Assembly (NCBI GenBank): GCA_003990765.1
Contig: RBNJ01000288.1
Location: 1-34,045 of the forward strand
Length of the DNA: 34,045 nt
Origin: Jimgerdemannia flammicorona
Taxonomy: Eukaryota
Direction: 5' to 3'
Positions 27,780 to 34,045 of this stretch are shown here, piece by piece. Within the stretch, counting starts at the first letter, position 1; every line of letters begins with the position of its first letter. The translations under genes were made by a program, and so were the position numbers. A model generated the notes under the pieces. The model saw only the letters and a program-made list of their open reading frames with translations, searched no databases and had not been told where the DNA came from.

Positions 27780-30060
27780 TAGAGCAGGTACTGGCCATGT
27801 GTCCTGTCTTTCAGCAATAGAAGCATGCTTGGCTTCTTTGAAGTTCATTCCTTTCGCCTTCAGTGAGTTTCTTGAAGGTACTTGGCTGGGTGGGTTTATG
27901 ATTTCTGGGTGTCCAAGAGGTGGATGTGGAGGGAGCTCAGGATGCTTCATGCTTGGGTTCTTCTTTCTTGGTCTAAGTCTTTTCCTTGTTGTTGAATTGT
28001 CTTCAGGGCAGAATTGGTCCAGCTGTTAGGATTTGCTTGACCATAGTCTTGATTCTTACTAGGCACCATTGTTGGTGATCACAACCAACTGGGTGGCCTT
28101 GTTCATGGATTTTTCTAGTAAGCCATTCAGGCAGGGCATTGAATAAATGGTCTGCTCTTATACCATTTCGTATTTCATCATTGGTGATATATCCTAAGCC
28201 AATGGTGTTCAGGAGTGACTTGAGTTTTGTACAGAAGGTTTCGAATTCTTCTTTGCCATGTACATTGAATTTGAGGTTGCGGAGTTTTATTTGGGATTCA
28301 GCGATCATAGTTTTGCTGTGGTATTGAGCAATCATAAGTTGTTTGAGTCCAGTGGCTGCAGGATGGGCTCTATATCCTGGGGCATTGTTTGCTGCATTCT
28401 GAGCAACTACTGCAGGTTGGGTGTCCTATGTGAGGGGTTTTTCAGAAAGGGTTCACCACTATTCTTCAGCAGGTCCTCAGAAGAATGTAACAACTCAGCG
28501 GACATAGGCTGTGGTGGTAGCAAAGAGTTATTCCAGAGTGTGGTCTTGATTGTTTATTAGAATGCAGTCCACAACTTGCTCATTGGTCCATTGATTGGCT
28601 TCAAAGTTGGTATTGACTACACTAATGAAGCTTTGGATTTCTTTTGTGGTACTATTGAAGATAGGTAGGCTCAGATTTTTGGTAGGTTGGGTCTGTTCAG
28701 CTAAGGTAGTAATAGTTGCTACTATTATTGCTACCTGGGCTATAAGGTCTAGAATCTGTTGGTTTGCTATATTGTTTACTGGAGGTGGTTGAACTACTGA
28801 TAGTGGTATTACTGGTACTACTTGAGATACTAGTGCAGAGTGTGATAGGGTTCTTTGGGTCTGTATAAGTTGCTAGAGTAGTAGTTGTGGGTCTGGAGTG
28901 AGGGCTTGATAGATAACTGTTTATTGCTGTGTAGGTGTATTCTGTTCTGATGGAGGTACTTCTCCTTCAGTAGTATATCCAGGATCAAATTCACTGAGAT
29001 ACTCCTCCTCCTCTTCAGTTTGGTCCCCATGTAATTGGGTTTGCTTGGCGTCGAAGTAAACGGAATCAGTTATATATCTGATTTCAGATGGACTTAATTC
29101 AAAGTCAAGTTCTGGTTCAGTATTGGTTTCAGATTCAGGTAGGGCTGTAGCAGGGCCTACTTCAGGTTCAGGGTCAGGTAGTTGATGAAGAGTTTCTCTT
29201 ACTTCTTCTTTAAGAATATGGCAGGTCTTACTGTTCTGGAATTGGTAGTATAGTGTGGTCTTGGTTCTGGTATAGTGAAAGTTGGTAGAGTTGAGCTACT
29301 TGGCTATAGAGGCTTGGGCTTCATGAGGAACTAAGGCTAGAAAGACTGCTGCTGATTGTCCTAGGTCGCTTGGATTTGTAGAGCTGATAAAACTCTTATT
29401 GAGAAGAGTAAAGAAGGTTTCAATAAGACCTTCTTCATCTTGACTTGCTGGGTGTAGTGCAAGGAGTTCAGTAAATAGGGTTTCACCTATTTGTTGATTT
29501 AATTGGAGTACTTCTTTCTTTGAATGAAGTTTGTCTCACTTGTTGTAGATGTGAAGGTCAAATTGTCCTTATACATTAGGTTCAATTCTCTCCAGATTGT
29601 CAGATAGTTCAGGATAAATTTCAGTTCAGAGGTTGGGCTTTATACCAACTTGTAGGAATTCACAGAGGGGTTTGTAGCAGGGTGAGGAAGCATCTTGAAG
29701 CAGAATTGGATTGTAAACCACTGCTACCAAGTTGTAAGAGGATTGCTTTTTAGAGTAACCATTATGTAGTTCTAGAAGGGTTTTCTGGAAGTTCTGGATG
29801 TTCTAAAAGACCATTTTCTTATAGTTAAGATCAATTTTATATGGAGTACATCCTCTATACTTATTGATTTCAAGATTGGGTTGACGTCTCAATCAAAGTC
29901 CTTTTTCAGACTAGTTCTGGATGTTCAGGATTTTCCATATTTCAGGAAGTTCAAGAAACTAAGACTAGCTTAGTTGAATTGGTGTATCACTGTAGACAAT
30001 ACCCAATTAGGAAATTTTGTGATGGAGTTAGAAGTGGGACCTAATAGGGAGTAGATTTAC
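27780..30060 (-). pseudogene. Degenerate gag with a long N-terminal extension and a CCHC zinc knuckle
   Basis: One frame (codon starts at positions divisible by 3) runs from inside the 5' LTR through KNLSLPIFNSTTKEIQSFI..FEANQW, the 28335-28003 ORF, and KKLTEGERNELQRSQACFYC*KTGHMASTC (27825-27784). Stops are consistent with transitions. The 5' start is uncertain. Confidence 0.75.
29718..29729 (-). other. Primer-binding site, initiator-Met-tRNA-like
   Basis: Minus strand TGGTAGCAGTGG begins 3 nt after the 5' LTR. TGGTAGCAG is complementary to the ..CUGCUACCA 3' end of many eukaryotic tRNA-iMet. Confidence 0.75.
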
Positions 30061-30211
30061 TTAAGAGTAGTTTGTGGGTTATTATATAGATTTATTCGTT
30101 ATTCATGATATTACTATACTAGGAGTAGTTGTGTAAAGGGATATTGTGGAGAAGTATTCAGGAGTGTTCTTGTGTATTCGAGTCTGAGATTCTAAGGTCT
30201 GGGGTAGGGGG

Positions 30212-30219
30212 TATTTATA
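30212..30219 (-). promoter_or_regulatory. LTR TATA box (TATAAATA), putative genomic-RNA promoter; same motif at 21321-21328
   Basis: Identical in both LTRs, ~480 nt upstream of the LTR end and ~190 nt downstream of the U3 ORF stop. Confidence 0.6.
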
Positions 30220-30407
30220 CTAGTGAGGGGCTATCTGAACTATACTGAATATAAATATAGCACTAAGTACCTTGCTGAGTCGGAATACAGTTACATAGTA
30301 CAAGAGTAATCTGACATATCAAGAGATCATTTGACTGCTGAGTCAGTTCACAGTTACATCATACAAGGCTAATCTAACTATACTATGACTGCTAGGCTAT
30401 TTATGGT

Positions 30408-31505
30408 TTAGGCACTGTCTGGGTAGTCTTTGATGACATCACCATTGATGACATCATCTCTGATGAAGTAGTTGTCTAGGAAGAGTGGTTCGTAGATTAC
30501 TTCTCCTTGTTGGCTGAGGTAATAATATATTGGAACTTTGTCTCCATCCCACAGAATTGCATCATCTATTTCATATGCTAGATAAGGTATTGGTGGGTGA
30601 AGGAGTGGTGTATCAGCTTCGCTTTCATTGGTTTCGCTATCTGCATACCTTCTATAGGTTATAGCACTATGAGTCACAGGGTTATAGTATGCTGGTGGCT
30701 GTGGTTCATGTTGCTTGTACTTGGGTGATGGAGTGGTTGGTTCAATCTTGAGGGTTATCTGAAGATACAGGTTGTATTCTCTGGTCTCTTCATTATAGTT
30801 GAAGTAATTAGGTATAAATGCGGGTTGGTATTCATACCAATAGTCAATGTCCCAATAGGTCTTGTATGTAGTTATAAACTGTTATAAGTTCATCAGCAGG
30901 GTTGGTGGCATGATCAGGATTAGTAGAGATCCTTGGCTTGAGGTCATATCGGCATCAGAGGGATCATTGTCTTCTGCTTCATCTTCATCGAAGTGGATTA
31001 TATCATAGACATCCTTCATAGTGTATCTGACTTAGGGCATTTGTAGGATATGATCATTGGGATATGGGAAGGTTCTGTCTGTAGTTTCAATGTACTTGAG
31101 GTACTTGTGGTTGAGTTCTTGTATCATATTGTCGATTTGGCCATAGGACAGGGTAGTAACCATTTTGGCTATAGCAACTTGGAGGCGAGGAATAACAGTG
31201 CTATATTCATAGAAGAGTTCTTGGTGTTTGTGGACAATGAGCTTCTGGTGTTGAGATATCTGGGTAATGTCTGTATCATGGTGGTGTTCAACCATATCTT
31301 CTAGGAGGCAGCCAATCTGGTAGTAGCTTGAGATTTGTCTGATTCGGTGGGCCTCATTAAGCATGTTCAGGGCATTCCATCAGGCTTCTATGAAGTAGAG
31401 GGGTGCTAGACTATGGATATTCATGAGGGGCAGAGGGGGTGTGGCTCAGTTGACAATGGCATTCCAAATGTTAGCATGGATGCAGTTGTAGATCTCAGTG
31501 GTCAT
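30408..31505 (-). pseudogene. U3-encoded accessory ORF, 5' LTR copy; 365 aa when repaired; unknown function
   Basis: ATG 31505 to TAA 30408 is 366 codons with no indel. Its four internal stops (31448, 31382, 31034, 30884) are all CAA in the other LTR. Confidence 0.8.
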
Positions 31506-32509
31506 ATTTGTGTGTTTGGAAGTTGTGGTTGTTATTTGTTTTGGTTCTCTGTTTCGACACATCTCAGGGCTTGGTATATATGCATTTGGTCCTAATTGGT
31601 AAGATTTTGTTTATGTGAATCTTGTGTTCTGTGACTTCATATTGACTCAGCTTTATATACTATGACTTCGGTTTGACTCAGCTTTGTGATTAAGCAGGTG
31701 ATTTCCAGATTTGTTTGGAGGTCGTATGTGATTTCAGTGGCTTGTTCAGAGGGTGATATATGATTTCAGTGGCTTGGAGGTTATGTGCTTACAATCACGT
31801 TGTCGTATCAGCTCCCAGTTCCAGTTGGGTACAGTCAGGATGCCGGCCCCTGCACCACTTCACCCCCCACCAGTCAATCAAAAGGCCTCACCAAAATATT
31901 GTCCACCCTAGCCCCAATGACCACCTCCAGCCTGGCACCCTACTGGTTCACCATAATCACCCTTCCTCCTATCTATGATGGCCATCTCCCCTCTCATCCT
32001 GATATCACCTGAAAAACAGTCACCTATGCCAGAACTGCACTTGCTGGGAAGCTCACTAAAGCCAGAGGGCCCCACCACAGGTACCGAAGACTTGTAGGTA
32101 ATCTACACTGAGCACTTGATGCCCAAGGTCGACCGACTCTCTACGTAGCCCAAGACACACCAAGACAGCACCTTATTAGTGATAGCAAAAGGAAGAAGGC
32201 ACTGCACCAAAATGGATGCACTCCAGATATAGCCGAAGATACCAGAAACCATGAAAAAGTGGAGAAGACACCAATCTGACACTGATAAAGGGGTAACTCA
32301 TCACCATTGCCCTCCTCCCACCATGCCCATGCAGGCACAGCAAACCAACCCAAGGTAGAGGGGGTAATAATAGGGGAAAGGGGACTTGGAAGGTCACCTA
32401 CCAAACCTTGTGACTGGTAAGGTAGTGGAGAAAGGAGCCTATAGAAGCTCACTCATTCAACCCATTTTACCGTCAGACAACACTGCATTCTCATAATGTC
32501 GTTATGTAG

Positions 32510-34045
32510 GTCATGTCGGCGAATCACATTCTGAAATTGCGAAATCCTAAGTGGGCATCGCATGAAGCACGGCATCACCCTTTAGTAAGGCAAATATGTG
32601 AAAAGCACAAATGTGCAGATGAGATCGAACGGACGCTTTTGGAGGTATATACCTATTATTTTTTTGGTTTTCGGAGTGGCAATCGTGCACGATATTCATG
32701 ATTTCCATTCCATTTGCAGGATTTGGTGGAGTATGCGGTACTGGTCGCCTATTGCAAAGCGGCAAATGATGCGCAATTACCGACCTGGGAAACAGACCTT
32801 AACTTGAAAATTGAGGCCGTATCCAGTCAATTTCTGACACGGTTCGCACTTCCCTTCCCTTTTTCTTTTCATTTAATACAAGTATTCTGCTCTCCATTAT
32901 TTATGTCTTTTTATACGAAGTGAGCAGATGAAGCCCTTGATCGACCTGGGAGATTGTCTTGTCAAGGCCACAAGAGATCTTGCCGATAATCCGGAAGGGG
33001 TTAATTATGATGTTGACAAGTTACTGGGAACCAACATGCAAGTTTTCAGCATCCTTGGTCCTCACACTGGTACGTATAATGGTGATCTGCCTCTTTTCCT
33101 TTAAATATTGGAGCCATAATAATCGTGATAATTGTATATAGGTTACTACTATGGTGATATTATATTACTGTTCAAACCGGATATTATGAATCATCCACAA
33201 TCGAACGTTTCACCAAACGCTGCTACGGCATTTTGGCCCGGAAGGTGCGCCTCCTAGCCATCAACCATTATTGTCCCTTTAGTGATTTATGTCTATGTGA
33301 TAATCATTGATTACGGGATTGAACGTTAATCATGCAGAGAGGCCAATAATCGACCATTCATGCCAAGAGGCAAACCACAGTCCACAACTCAAAAATGCAT
33401 CCTAGCTGCAGCAATTGGGAAAAGCTGCTGCCGCCGATATTTGCGCCCAGGTAGGTTTTTCAAGCTATACATTGAGTACAGTATTTTAGTCTTTATGCAA
33501 GCCTGCCAGAAGATCTTACAAGTCATTTTTATTAAACCAAAGATTATGGAGACCACAGGGAAAATAGAACTTTCGTTGAGTGATGTAAAAAGCGAGGCGC
33601 ATTTGCCTAGTCTGATTCCACTCTCATTTGTTGACAAGATCATTATTCCAAAAGTAAGATGTTCAAGCATCATTTTTATTTAAGCATTTTTGTAGAGTAA
33701 TCCGAGGGATTAATTGAATTTTTTTTCTGGAATATTTGGGATAACAATTTGACAGCGGCCGATAAACAACAGTTTCGGAGACCCGAACAACGATGTCATA
33801 GTATACTGTGATCCAGTTGGAGGAGATGTCGATGGACGTCTCGATTTGACCGACGATCGGAGAAAGCTCACAAACACCGCCTTGGAGCACTGTTCGTCGC
33901 CGAATGCTACCACCGGGTCTGTCCACCGACCTCTCGGCATGAGCGTTACTCTGGAGCGTGGAAATGGTGCCATCCTCCCCCTACCGTTCCGTTTTCGCGT
34001 CGCAGGCGATGGAAACATTTACTTCCGTGCCAAGGGCAGCGAATT
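32510..34045 (+). pseudogene. Spliced gene of unknown function, probably disrupted; continues beyond the window
   Basis: In-frame GT-AG exons 32510-32644, 32720-32841, 32921-33069, 33142-33244 give ..NPEGVNYDVDKLLGTNMQVFSILGPHTGYYYGDIILLFKPDIMNHPQSNVSPNAATAFWPG... The exon at 33338-33450 seems to need frameshifts (HNSKMHPSCSNW / KAAAADICAQ). Later segments encode SEAHLPSLIPLSFVDKIIIPK and an open frame from ~33755 to the end. Confidence 0.6.

Larger units (their letters stand above)
20852..31793 (-). mobile_element. Full-length, mutationally inactivated Ty3/gypsy chromovirus-type LTR retrotransposon (10,942 bp including the nested MITE)
   Basis: Two ~2.06-kb LTRs with TGTAAG..CTTACA termini, PBS, PPT, and domain order gag-CCHC-dUTPase-PR-RT-RH-IN-chromodomain. 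The 5-bp flanks ATTGC (20847-20851) and ATCAC (31794-31798) can both be derived from ATCGC. Confidence 0.97.
29733..31793 (-). repeat. 5' LTR (2,061 bp)
   Basis: TGTAAG..CTTACA termini, adjacent to the PBS, direct repeat of 20852-22906. Confidence 0.95.
20272..32439 (-). mobile_element. 5'-truncated LINE (~1.2 kb of its own sequence: 31794-32439 plus 20272-20851) split by the gypsy insertion
   Basis: 33-nt poly(A) tail (T run 20272-20304). Identical 15-bp flanking direct repeat TATAGAAGCTCACTC at 20257-20271 and 32440-32454. A related unit TCAGCTCCC(G/A)GTTCCAGT occurs on both sides of the gypsy. The 5' end encodes FLHYLTSHKVW..LFHGFWYLRL, resembling a decayed ORF2 C-terminus. Confidence 0.85.

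Noticed and set aside
29718..29732. Tf1/sushi-type self-priming instead of tRNA priming
   Set aside because: The site starts with TGG and matches a tRNA-iMet-like 3' end; I did not find a complementary sequence near the presumed transcript start.
30408..31505. U3 ORF as an env gene
   Set aside because: No signal peptide, furin site or transmembrane segment in the repaired sequence, and it lies inside the LTR rather than between pol and the PPT.
20852..31793. The two 2-kb repeats as a segmental duplication or assembly artefact
   Set aside because: TG..CA termini, the adjacent PBS and PPT, the 5-bp TSD and independent transition damage identify them as true LTRs.

Overview
Intron-rich fungal genomic DNA; an early-diverging, Mucoromycota-like host is my inference from gene content and intron density. 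The left edge (1-~3,200) holds the 5' part of a LINE ORF1 and an AT-eroded repeat graveyard. The core (3,918-16,519) has six spliced housekeeping genes in three head-to-head pairs: COX6A/NDUFB7, a metallophosphoesterase/GatB (PET112), and an atypical cyclophilin/RPC2. An intronless BTB-SPRY-like gene follows. The right half is a three-tier transposon nest with all target-site duplications (TSDs) still readable. A 5'-truncated LINE (15-bp TSD) contains a 10.9-kb chromovirus-type Ty3/gypsy element (5-bp TSD), which in turn contains a palindromic hAT-type MITE (8-bp TSD). The gypsy element is the most unusual object. Its ~2.06-kb LTRs each carry a complete ~365-codon accessory ORF in U3, it has a dUTPase directly behind the Gag zinc knuckle, and its gag frame seems to start inside the 5' LTR and read through the primer-binding site. 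It has been inactivated mainly by C->T/G->A transitions. A spliced, apparently frameshifted gene of unknown function runs off the right edge. All coordinates were read by eye.
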